64,000 bases of DNA from Thalia democratica. Taxonomy: Eukaryota. Both the position numbers and the translations under genes were made by a program. The stretch is from assembly GCA_965202585.1 (NCBI GenBank), contig OZ241832.1, positions 29,946,001 to 30,010,000 on the forward strand, given 5' to 3'. The notes beneath the pieces were generated by a model, which saw only the letters and a list, made by a program, of their open reading frames with translations, made no database searches and was not told the origin of the DNA. Positions 27,247-38,070 of this stretch are shown here, in pieces (within the stretch, counting starts at the first letter, position 1; each line of letters starts with the position of its first letter).

Positions 27247-27621
27247 TCATTGACCAAGCGGGGGAAACTCTTTTCTATCGTCAATGTTAGGGAGTTTTTG
27301 TTGCAATTTGACGTTGTTAGCAGGAAGGCTTTTCTTGCTTATCTTGTTGAAATTCTTCTTTCTCTTCTTTTTCTTCTTTTTCTTGTTTTTCCGTTGTTGC
27401 AACTTGACGCGCTTAGCTGGATCATTTTCTTTAATTCGCTTAAGGTCACTCCCCATATTCCACAGGATGTTCGTGAACAGTCCCAGGTTGATGTGCTGCA
27501 GCTGTGTGAGAATATGGATGTACAACCCAACTGTCATGTACGCGTCATCAAAAGCCGGGCAGTTTGTGTTTATGACGTGAACATGGCATTTTCTGCATAT
27601 ATACTCTAATTTGTTTCTCGC
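27247..27621 (-). CDS. CNOT7-like: CAF1-like terminal exon with poly-Lys tail
   Basis: Acceptor TTTTCACAG, encodes ARNKLEYICRKCHVHVINTNCPAFDDAYMT...RKNKKKKKKKRKK...LPNIDDRKEFPPLGQ-TGA. Confidence 0.9.
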   Translation of the reverse strand, partial: ARNKLEYICRKCHVHVINTNCPAFDDAYMTVGLYIHILTQLQHINLGLFTNILWNMGSDLKRIKENDPAKRVKLQQRKNKKKKKKKRKKNFNKISKKSLPANNVKLQQKLPNIDDRKEFPPLGQ

Positions 27622-29098
27622 CTGTGAAAAGATTGAATACTTTTTAGGATATAGTTTTTTTGTCTTAAATAGATTTAACTACGATATAAGTAATATGAAT
27701 TATTAAGTATTCACATGTTTAAAAATATAAACAAAACAAGAACTAACAATCTCTAAAAAATCGTCGCAGGAAGTTACTAAATGCTTCAAATCTATGTAAT
27801 TTGGAAAGTAACTAGCTACCATATAGTTGAACTGTTTTACATTCTGTATTTTGTAATAATCATCTGTTGCTAACTTCAGAACGTAAGCCAAATCTCGGGA
27901 TCTAAAAGTTTAAATGTTTTTTCATGTATTAGTTAAGTTAAAAACAACTAATGTAAAAATTAAGGTTAAAAATTTTAACTTATTTTGTTCGTCATTCAAT
28001 ATCAAAGCATTTATTTACTAAGCTTTATTATTAAGACTGTTTTTTATACAAGGTTTCTTATAACATTCTTAGATATGTTCTAGGTTTTTTTTTTTTTACT
28101 TTTTCTTAATATATATATATACCCTTGAAACGTGACCCAAAACAAGTTTGGATTTTTCATCAATCTTGTTTTCCGAAGAAAGTTTTTAAATTCTGGAATT
28201 GTGATACCGTACGTCTCGTTCAGTGACAAATCTATGCCTCTACCTTTCATATATTCAATTGATTCTTCTGTTGATAGATCACCCCTGTATTATAAGTGTT
28301 ATAGAGTTATTATACTAGAGCTTTTTAAATCGCATATGTAATGTAAAGTTTTTATGATGGAATGCGTTCTAAATTACTTACGCTATTAATAAAATCATTA
28401 TTGAAGCATTATTTCAAATTATATAAATTTTATTAAAAAAATATATATAACTTAATTATCTACAAGTATTTACTGATAGTTTACCTAAACCTAAACCATA
28501 ATACCTTAAAATATTGTGACTCATATTTATGTTTTAAAAAAAAGGCAACATAAAATGTTTTAAAGATTAAAAAAAAAACTAACTCTCTTGGAAATTTCAT
28601 AACAAAGTTCTCCCTGTAACGTAGTCTGTAATTTGCATCCCAGAATGACATCCCGATAGTAACGGGATTAGTAACATCACAATTCCTCTTCATTATTTCA
28701 AACGCTGCCTGACTTCTATTTGGTATCTTATAATCTTTATCAGTCCCCATGGGATCTCCTGGGTATTCTGTGTCCTAAAAATAACACATACTAAGGTGTT
28801 TTGTTTATTAGCAAATTGTTTAAAGTCGTTGTGAAATATTCTTCGATACAAACAATACAACACAAGAAAGTAAAAAAAAACCCCAACTTTTTCTTTCTTA
28901 GGTGTAAACTGAAGCAAAACAAATCATTTTGCTTTTTGTTCACAGTCCTTTTTTTAGTAAGTAAAACGATGTTTAATAAATACAAGTTAGACTAACCAAG
29001 CCTACATAACGACAATAGGGTAAAATATTTTTTAATTTTTTTTCAGAATTAGTTAGGTTCACAAGAGTAGCTTTCGGTTGGTCAACTTCAGTTTCCAT
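27247..29098 (-). CDS. CNOT7-like: Divergent CAF1/POP2 (CNOT7/8)-family DEDD 3'-5' exoribonuclease with basic C-terminal tail, about 327 aa
   Basis: Exons 29098-28997, 28774-28584, 28284-28123, 27901-27748 and 27621-27247 join in frame (984 nt including stop) with GT-AG ends. CAF1-collinear motifs: RYVGL|DTEYPG (YVAMDTEFPG), IMKRNCD (LLRCNVD), DLSTEESIEYMKGRGI (DMYAQDSIELLTTSGI), WVTFQGSRDLAYVLK (WLSFHSGYDFGYLIK), YFPNYIDLKHLVTSC (FFPVIYDVKYLMKSC), PAFDDAYMT (QAGSDSLLT) and LWNMGS (LYGLGS). Confidence 0.9.
27748..27901 (-). CDS. CNOT7-like: CAF1-like exon 4
   Basis: Acceptor CTTTTAG, encodes SRDLAYVLKLATDDYYKIQNVKQFNYMVASYFPNYIDLKHLVTSCDDFLEI, donor GTTAGT. Confidence 0.9.
28123..28284 (-). 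CDS. CNOT7-like: CAF1-like exon 3
   Basis: Acceptor ATACAG, encodes GDLSTEESIEYMKGRGIDLSLNETYGITIPEFKNFLRKTRLMKNPNLFWVTFQ(G), donor GTATAT. Confidence 0.9.
28584..28774 (-). CDS. CNOT7-like: CAF1-like exon 2 (catalytic DTE motif)
   Basis: Acceptor TTTTTAG then DTEYPGDPMGTDKDY...MKFPR(E), donor GTTAGT. Overlaps ORF 28481..28750. Confidence 0.9.
28997..29098 (-). CDS. CNOT7-like: CAF1-like exon 1 (METEVDQPKATLVNLTNSEKKLKNILPYCRYVGL)
   Basis: Ends in YVGL followed by donor GTTAGT, directly before the DTE exon. The upstream acceptor at 29120-29119 means the exon may start at 29118. Confidence 0.75.
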
Positions 29099-29302
29099 TT
29101 TTTGAGTAACACAAAATACTGAAATTAATTGTTTTTGAATAAGTGTCTTGGTTTCTCCCAGTTTACTGTCATCAAATTTTATAAAAACTTATTTGAAAAT
29201 TGTTACTTTTGGTTCTTAATAAATCATCTTTACAAAATAGAATGCCAACATACATTAATTTTTCACAAAAGTTTGTTAAATTTTTAAAAGTTTAAACTCT
29301 AC

Positions 29303-29380
29303 CATTCTCCACGTTGTTATAATATTTAATTTTATTGTACTCATGATTAAAATTCAAATAATCTTGTAAGAATTTAAATA
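29303..29380 (-). CDS. Possible additional upstream exon of the CAF1-like gene
   Basis: 78-nt phase 1-1 open segment (FKFLQDYLNFNHEYNKIKYYNNVEN) with AG/GT ends. It joins in frame to the acceptor at 29118. No start codon located. Confidence 0.3.
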
Positions 29381-32300
29381 CTACATTAGTAAATCATAAG
29401 TTATTACTTAACACTGCACTACCAATTAATATGCTTAAATTATGTCATTGAAACAGCTATGAGTTTAGTTAGTGTTAAAGTGATATAGCAAAATTCAAAA
29501 AAGTAACTGTTTTAAACTAATCACATCAAAGCACATGTGCTTATCAAATTCAATCAGTTAAGGTTAATTAATCTGTTTTATTATAAACTAAACAATAACG
29601 AGCTTCTTTAAAATTAGCTGCACTAGGATAGCTATAGATTGACTTAAAAAACATATTGTAATTACTATTGAAAAACAAGCCACCTTAATTGTGTCAATTA
29701 AGGTTTATAAAATTAAAAACTAGTTTTTTTTTTGCTTTTGATGGTCAACTATATGAGCAAATTTCAAAAAATTTCATTGCTTTACGACCAGTTTTTTATT
29801 GTGTGTTTAATTAATCTAGAAATACTTTATGAAGTTATTTGAATTTAGGTTGTGATGTGTAAATGACTAGTTTATATTTATGTTAAATTTTATAAGAGTA
29901 ATGTCTTGAAATAATTTTTAATTAAGTAGTATATTTAGAATTACTTTTTATAAGTAAAATAAGTTTTATTAACAAAAAAACTGTTTTTGTGTGTGTTAAA
30001 TAAACGCTACACTTTTTAAAAATCAGAAACACTAACAATTTTTGTTGATTTTTATTCTATTGAAACAGTTTTGAAAAGATATAAGTAATGTCTTTAAAAC
30101 TATTTTAAAACTTTCTAATTGTTTCTAATGTTGGCTATTTACGACTAAATAAATAAAATTTACTAACTATATATGATTTTTGAATAATTTGGATACGACG
30201 ACAAATCATATTTTAAGATTAAACAGAAATTATAGAATATACAAAGACATAGAACGGTTAAAATTATAGTATTTTTTAAAAATAAGTAGAAGTTTCTCAA
30301 CATGTTGAAATTTTAAAAGATTTTCTTTTTTTTTATTAAGCAGTTTATTTTAATCAATCTTTAGCTTTTAGTTAGTCAAATGTTTAACTGTATATGTAAG
30401 TATACATTAGCGATTTTGTTTTCAGTACATATGTTTTTAATTTGTATAGTTTTCATATTAACATGTTACGATGAAACTTAATTAAACTTGAACATAAATT
30501 TGTAGTCTGACAAGCTGATTACTTATTTAAAAACAATAAAAAAACATATTAACAGGTTGTAAAGTTTAGAAACTTAACTTGTTAGAAATTTCTAATTTAA
30601 TTTTTTTTATGTATTTTGAATCTCACAATATTTTTTGTGAGAAATTTATTTTAGCAGACAGTACCAAAAGTATACCAAAGTTTAAAATATAATAAAAAAA
30701 GTCCTTTTTTTTTAAATGTAAGAAATTTTTCCAAGGCAGCCGTCATGTGATTATTTTATCTGATAGAATAAGTGTTAATTGATTTTAACTAGATCTATAC
30801 TTCTAAGACACTTGATTTTCCTACAAACTCTAATTGTTAACTAAGTTTAAACATCTGGGTTCTTAAATGTAGTAAAAAAAAAATTATATAAATATTTCTC
30901 AAAATTTAAATTGAGTTTAAAAAATCACTTAATTTTCTAAATCGTTATTTTTTAAAAAACCTTGAAATAAATATCAAAACTATTTTACAGAAATTTATCT
31001 TGAAATCTTATATATTTCTAAATTTAACCTTCAGTAAAATGTTTAGATTACAACTTGATTTAAAAATTACCTCATTATCTTTATGCAGCTTATCTGAATT
31101 CTTTTAAGCAATATACAGGCCCTTTAACAGTATGTTAATTTAATTAAAGGCAAGTAAAGCTTTCGCTAATACCAACATATCTTGCAAAAAAATTGCTTGC
31201 TTTGCCATTGAAAATAAAGTACTATCACAATTTTTCTACTTTTTAATGTACTTTAATTTAAAATCAAATGTAACTTTTAAAGTATGTCTACAATTTAATA
31301 AAATAAAATAGTTGAGTTTTGTATTTTTAACTGTTTTTTATTGATGTTTTTAATTCAGTTATCGAAACTTATTTCTGTACACTTCTTTTTTTACTTTTTA
31401 TCTGAGCTTAGTATTCTTATTGTGTTAAAAACTTTACTTAGTTTTTATTCTTAAAATATCTAACATCTATAGAAATATCGCAGTTTTTGACAATTTTACT
31501 CAGAATTATAATTTTTCATTTTTCTTAAATAATGCTAAGTTTAGATTGTTTTAATAAGTTATAACAATATTAAAATAACTATAATTAACGCTCTAAAAAA
31601 TTTAAAATTTGAACTCATCGAATTGCATTAAAATTTTATTAACAAAATTTAAAATTATGAATCAAAAGATTTTAAAGCATCTAGATTAAAAAAAAAAAGA
31701 TAAATCATATAGTTTAGCTGTTAAAAACTTTAGTAACATAAGTACAGTAATTAGTGTTATTAACTAAATAATAGTTTGACCTTTACAATAACTAATTTAC
31801 CAGCATTCAACTTAGATAGCAGTTTAAACGCATTGACCTTAGTAATTATCAGCTAAAACCGTTAAAGTTCGGTTATTGGTGAAAAGCAAAAAATTTACGC
31901 CGAAATCAAACGTTTAATACTATGTTACAATTGTTATATAAACGAAAACTTTAATATATTAATAAATTAGGTTAAATAGACTTTTTTCTAAACGTTATTT
32001 TTATTCCTTGGAGATAATGAAAACATTAACAGTTTAAACCAACTTACATATTTCACATAAAAACGATCCATAAAAAAATAGTTTATTTAGCAAAGGAGTA
32101 TTAACAATTAAAATTATTGTACATATATGGTATACACTAAATACATCTTTTAAATTTACTTTATGTTTTGATATTTTTACCGTAAATTGTTACATTTTTA
32201 TTAAATAATTTCTAAAATAAAATGTTAAATAAAAATATACTTAGGCTGAACAACATTAAGTCTTTAAAATTTATATAATTATTTAAAGTACATGACTAGT

Positions 32301-32779
32301 TTAAACTTTTAATACTAGTTAAAATTTAATAAAAGTATGTATATAAATATTTATTTTTTTTCATTTATATTAAGTTATGAATAAATTTAGCTTTTCAATT
32401 AAATTTTTAACTCATGGAATTCAAAAATTTTTAAACTCTTAGAAAAGTTCATTGTTTTAATATTTTTTATGTATTCAAGTACGACTCGCTTTATATTATT
32501 AAACTTCTGTTTTAGTCAATTTTATCTAATATTTTTCTTAGTCCTGACTTTGTTCAGAACATTTTTGAGTGTTTAGCCAAATAATAAATACATTCTGAAA
32601 GCAAACTCATGAGAAAACTAATTACAAAAGTAATATAACACATTATCTTCTAATTATATTATGTGCACACAAACTAACTTGAGATCCATAGCAATTAAAA
32701 AAAACAAATACCATTTTATGTAGAACACTATACAACTTCGAAATAATCTAAAAAATAAACTAAAACAAATATTATCAGT

Positions 32780-33480
32780 GATAAGTGCCAGAAAATGTTG
32801 AACTAGTTAAATTAGGATCAATCTTAGTCTTTCTCACAAACGAAACTTCTTTTATCCGATTCTTGTTCTTAGCATCTGTAATATATAACAAATTTATATT
32901 CAGATAACTATATACGGACGAAGGTAAACTGTCCATACATTCTTCACCCGACTTATATCTAAAGTGTGGATCAAGTGATTAGGTGCATCTCCAAAATTAT
33001 GTATACCGATTAACAGACTAAATATATATATAATTTATTGAAAGACAGAAAAAAATTCTCAAATATTTGGTCCTAGGACTCGGTGCATTAAAAACCTTTA
33101 GGTTATCAAGTAACACACCTGGGATACCTTTTTACGTCTGATCCAGTACTAATATACATTTCAAACGTTCATACTAGTTTTCATTTAAAAATTGATACGA
33201 TAAATATAGTGCTTTTAAAAACGAGTTACTTGATATTTAAAAAAACATCGATAAAGTTTTTCCAATTAAATACTCCCATAGGTACTTGTTTATTCAATAT
33301 TCTTATTCTGTATTTTACCTTAGATTTGAAGATTGCTATAAAGCTAGCAATATCAGAACCTTTTGCAGATTTATCTCGTGTATTTATAAGTAGCTCCTGT
33401 CTAAACAAATAGTATTGTTTTCTTTTCCATTTCCGATTTGGTAAAATGTTTTTCTTCAGGATATTAAACTTCCCAAACAT
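32780..33480 (-). mobile_element. Degenerate CR1/L2-type LINE reverse transcriptase remnant
   Basis: Broken frames contain KYLRIFF (KYLGI-like) and LDISRVKNVWTVYLRPY (CR1 LYxxYVRP-like). Includes ORF 33226..33480. Confidence 0.4.
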
Positions 33481-33649
33481 AAGCTATAAAGCTAACAGTA
33501 CTTACTTTAATGTTTTTAGTGTTAAAATAAGTATAAAATTTATAGATAATAGTCTCCCTTATTAGAAAATATTTGCTGGAAATTGTTAAGTTGATGATTA
33601 TTTAATTCTCTCAAACTGTTAAGTAACTCTAAGGGATTTAAGGTTTTCT

Positions 33650-36070
33650 GTTCTAAATGATTTTTATTTTAGCGTTCGCTGACTGTGCACAATCGTTCAT
33701 TATTGCAGAACAATTGCACAGGTCACTGCTGCATTTACAAAATTTGTTTAGTGTGTATCACATAATTTTTGATTACAGAATACATCTTTTTATTACTATT
33801 AATATAATATTCAGAGCTTATTATAAAAGCATATTTATCATTTAATTCTTCTATTTTTTTACATTTAGTCAAACTACTTAGCAAAAATTTTAAGTTAGGG
33901 TTGCGTTAAAGCAGTGGTTCCCAACCTTTTTGATGCCCCGCACCCCTAAAGTCTCTTAATTTGATCTCGCACCGCTAACACCAGTGGCGTAGCGTGGTAT
34001 TTTGGTCAGGGGATGCGCAAATTTTTATTAAAAAATCCCCCAAATTAAAACTTTTGTAATTAGCTATAAAAAAATCTTTCTATAAGTAATATAATTGAAA
34101 TAAATTCATTTAGTAAAATAAGTTCGTAGTAACTGTTTTAAAAAATGCTTATATATTAAAAAATTAAACAATTTAAAAAAAGTTTAAATTTCATTAGAAT
34201 TACTTATACTTGCACAAATGTAAACTTACTAAATAAAAATTGTTTTTACTACTTACAGTAAACTTTATACCTTAAAAAATGAATATATTCAATAAAACAA
34301 AAGTATCTGTTTTATTTACGAAATAATATTAATCTCTTTAATATACAATACAACAGTGATAACAACACCTCATTGCACATAATTTAAATAAAATTACACA
34401 GAAGTTAAAATAGAACAACTTTATAATTATATAAAAATTGGTTTCATTAAAGCTGAAAACAAGTTTTCTTAAATGGTATAACATACAGTAATTGCTGTGA
34501 ACTTTACAATTTACTGATGTTAAATCTTAAGCACCACTTTCTGCACAACTAAGCTTAACAAAAGATTACATTATAAATGTTATAGACTTAACAGAACCTG
34601 TTCTTAACAGCTAATAAAAAGCCTGCTGAAGATACTAATTTTTATTTAAGTATTTTAATTAAAATAGATGCTAGCTCATAAACTGTTTTAAAAAATTAAT
34701 GGCCAGTTAAGAAAATAAAATATTTAAAGAAAATATGATTAAAATTCACAGGTGTAAAACTCTAAAAAAGCTTTACTAAAATGTTAATTCTAAACTGACA
34801 TCTATTAAATGAAATTGGTAAAATGAATTTACTTCTAGAAAAGCGCTCTTGCTCTATGACATATTGATAAAATTAGTTTATTCAGAAAATTAGCGCAAAC
34901 TTCTTTTTATAAAAAAATGTATTTTTTAACTTTGTAAACTTTATCATAGATTGAAAATCTCCTTATTTATCATACAAAAATGAAAAGCCATCTCGCACCC
35001 CCAAGGGGTGCGAGCACCCCTGGTTGGGAACCCCTGCTTTAAAGTTTTTGTAAAATGTTTTTTCTACATGAATACAACAATAAAATGTGTAGATGTTATT
35101 TAAGCATTCTTACAGAGCCGAAACGATGCCACCTTCCTTATCTGTGCGTCCTGAAGTCAATGTTGCTGTTTTCGTCTAACAGATGTTCGTTAGTTTCTTT
35201 TTAAGTAGAATTTGTTTTAAAAGCAACACATAGCTTTAAAATATTATATTTTTAAAAATATTTTCCTAAACATAAGTTTAATAAGCAGCAATTCAATATT
35301 TTAGATATGTTTAAAAAGTTGTTATTCATATTGATGTTTACGATTTAAGTTTTATACAACTATTACCAGATTGTTTTTGACTAAGTTTAGTCCTCCTATT
35401 TTTATTGGTGTATTTGTGGTTTCGAACACCGAGTCTTTGCAGTTCAATCACTTCTTTGTTAAAAGCTCCTTTCCATTTCACACTACTGTCTTTAACAGTG
35501 CAACATAATGTCAACAGAAGCATTATTGTATTTTCGTGTAATAAGTATTATGAAACATGTATGTGTGGCAACGTTTAATTTTTTAGTGCGGTTTAGTTCT
35601 GTAGGACCTGTATTGATAAATAAAAACAATAAACGCGTTTGGAATCTTATTTCATTTCGAAATCCTAATTTTTTTTAAATGTTCTTTTTAAGTTTAACTT
35701 TCTATTTTGTAATTTTATAACAACGATTGTAATAGAGAAATTCGATTTAAAACTTTATTAAGATTCAGCCACTTAGCAAGTTTTCTTTTACTTTTGTTGA
35801 AGCTTATAAGTGCAGCTGGTCAATGAGACAATCCTGTTTGTCAAACTGCTGCCACACTTTGCTTCATAACGTTTCATTTGCTGAGCCAAACTTTCCAGGA
35901 TTTATTAAACGCTATTAGTCAAAGTTGGTCTGGTAAAGTAACCTGCTTATTTCCCTCTTCTGCAACAACTGCCAGGTTTTTAGAGTTTAAATACTCAACA
36001 TCATTTTGAGTTTCAGAGCTGTTTCTAATTATTTATTTATTTACAATCTTTTAAATATCAGTTTTTTTTT
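33650..36070 (-). pseudogene. Degraded MULE (Mutator-like) DDE transposase, interrupted by a hAT element
   Basis: Minus frames give GRTDKEGGIVSAL*ECLNNIYTFYCCIHVEKN (D...CxxH) and NDCAQSANAKIK (catalytic-E region). Collinear with 55215-56480. Confidence 0.7.
33912..35036. mobile_element. Non-autonomous hAT (Charlie/Buster-type) element
   Basis: TIRs CAGTGGTTCCCAACC ... GGTTGGGAACCCCTG. 8-bp TSD CGTTAAAG / CTTTAAAG with central TA. The paralogous copy near 55470 lacks the insertion. Confidence 0.85.
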
Positions 36071-36099
36071 TGTTGAGCTAAAATTAATTATTAGTCTTC

Positions 36100-36340
36100 T
36101 TCTTCGTACACTCAATCAGCAACTGATGAAACTTGTTTATTTTGTGCATTTTAAAAACAAATATCTTAACACATTTTGTTCTATTTTCATCCCTTTACCA
36201 TGGTCCTTCAGGTCTCCCTGTGACCTTTCTACCGTTTGGGTATGAACCCAGCGGTTAAATAAATTGACAAAATTGATACTGTGATTGACTATATAGTTTC
36301 AATTATACTCCATCGACACCTTGTTGGCGTCTACAAGGCT
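36100..36340 (-). pseudogene. Merlin/IS1595-like transposase C-terminal fragment
   Basis: Nucleotide homologue of 37470-37770 (shared TTGGCGTCTACAAGG and CAGGTCTCCC anchors). Confidence 0.6.
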
Positions 36341-36369
36341 ATCAATGCTTTACAATGAATATATCTGGT

Positions 36370-36960
36370 ATGATTTACAAGCATGCATCTTCTAGCTGTT
36401 GTGGATTAAGACATAGGTGTTGAGTCAGTTTTTTAGCTGAATTTCTACCAAAAAAGGGTTTAACATTTTTAAAGACAATCACTTTTATATATTGAGCATC
36501 AGTAAAAGGTTTTTTCTCTGCATTAACTAATGTACTACTTCTTTTGTAGATAATATTGCAGGAAATATTATAATTACTTTGCCTTTTGGCTTGAAGTTGC
36601 GCCACACCGTCACTTGTACCACTTCATGTGACCAGAGTTTTCTTCAATTGCAATGAGCATCAAATTTATCATCTATTATTTGAGTGGCCAGAAATAATTT
36701 TCAATAAAAACTAATATCTAAAGTTTTTTCAAAAAATAACACTTACATCTGCAACAACGTTTTCAAAATCTTTCCCATACATATTAACCATTTGTTTGAA
36801 GCCACAGGCTATATCTAATGCAGTTTTTGTTTTAATTTTTTGTAAATGAAGAAATGTAGAAACAGTATCTTTTTTTAACCTGCTTATGTATGATATGCTC
36901 AAACCTGCAAATATACAATTTTCCAAACCACTTTTTCTATAGTTATTTTCTCTAATTATT
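36370..36960 (-). pseudogene. Degenerate DNA-transposon coding fragment (probably NOF/MULE-related)
   Basis: The block GCATGCATCTTCTAGC...GAATTTCTACCAAAAAA recurs at 52125-52320 and 61975-62170. VWRNFKPKG resembles MWCNLKPKG near 51250. Confidence 0.45.
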
Positions 36961-37469
36961 TTTCTATAGTTAGCCTAACAGAATTATTAGGAAAGCTTAA
37001 TACGAGTCTACTTTCCATTAAACTGATCTTTGCATCAATTTTTTTTAGTGACCGTCATCTCTACTTACTGAATCAGTTTTCACTGCCTGACATATTAGAA
37101 ACGATCTTGCGCATTGCTACACATACATTTTTAGACACGGTCTTTAATAAATTCTTGCGACAGCTAGTATAGACTTGTGTATTTGTAAATGTTGAGTACC
37201 TGTTGAGCAGCATTAAACACTGTTAGTCAAAGTTGGTTTGGAAAAAGTTGAAAATTTGAGTAGTTAAGTTTATTCAACGATTGTTACGTAGATGACACTG
37301 TTTACTGTCCGGTAAGATGACCCGCTTATTCCCCCCTTTTGCAATAACTGCCAAAAAAGTGGATATACTCAACATCATTTTGAGTTTTAAAGCTGTGTCT
37401 AAATATTTACTTACAATGTTTAAAAAATCAGGTTTTTTTTTGTAGTGCTAAAATTAAATATTAGTTTTC

Positions 37470-37770
37470 TTCTTCGTACGAGAATGACTTTGCGCTCTCA
37501 ATCAACAACTGATGAAATTTGTTTATTTTGTGCATTTTTAAAAACAAATATCTTAACACATTTTATTCAATTTTCATCCCTTTGCCACGACCACTTATGT
37601 GATCCTTCAGGTCTCCCCAAAACCTTTCTACTGTTTGGGTAAGAATCCAACGGTTAGAAGGATTGACGAAAATGACACTATGGTTTATTGTATAATGGCA
37701 GTAATCCATCGACGCCCCGTTGGCGTCTACAAGGATGTTATTGTACAATGTTGGGTAACATATTTTCATA
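37470..37770 (-). pseudogene. Merlin/IS1595 (ISXO2-like) transposase fragment
   Basis: ORF 37563..37769 contains HYTINHSVIFVNPSNRWILTQTVERFWGDLKDHI, matching the H-x-x-V-N-H-S...F-V-x-P...TQxIExxWxxxK signature. Confidence 0.8.
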
Positions 37771-38070
37771 TAACAGGTGCTTAAAAAACTGACTTGATTA
37801 TTTTGAAATCATCATGTTTGGTCAAAATAGGTCTTATCAATTTCTTTAACAGTATTCTTCTCAGCCTTACTTTCGTCGAACAACTACTGTTTTTGTTGTT
37901 CATTTTACTTATCGATATCCATTCTAGCTTTTCGTGTAAATTTTCTGCTGTTTGAAAGAGATTGTACTCGATTTTTTCCCGTTTGACTGTTGAAACATAT
38001 CGGTGATAAATTTAGTTATTCGGAGTTTCTTTTGTTCAGGAAAAACTTTCAAATATTGAGTTTGTTATTC
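37770..38070 (-). pseudogene. NOF-type MULE transposase C-terminal fragment
   Basis: Homologous to 49580-49910 and 51300-51430, which follow the STNSILES motif. Confidence 0.5.

Noticed and set aside
27250-27609. Plus-strand ORFs 27250..27609 and 27284..27580, and minus ORF 27339..27530
   Set aside because: Shadows or alternative frames of the CAF1-like terminal exon. The Phe/Leu runs are simply the complement of the poly-Lys codons.
28693-28995. ORFs 28693..28917, 28791..28985 and 28801..28995
   Set aside because: They lie mostly in the 222-nt intron of the CAF1-like gene and are out of frame with the DTE exon.
29303-29344. MSTIKLNIITTWRM as the first coding exon of the CAF1-like gene
   Set aside because: It would have to splice in phase 0, but the available acceptor at 29118 requires phase 1.
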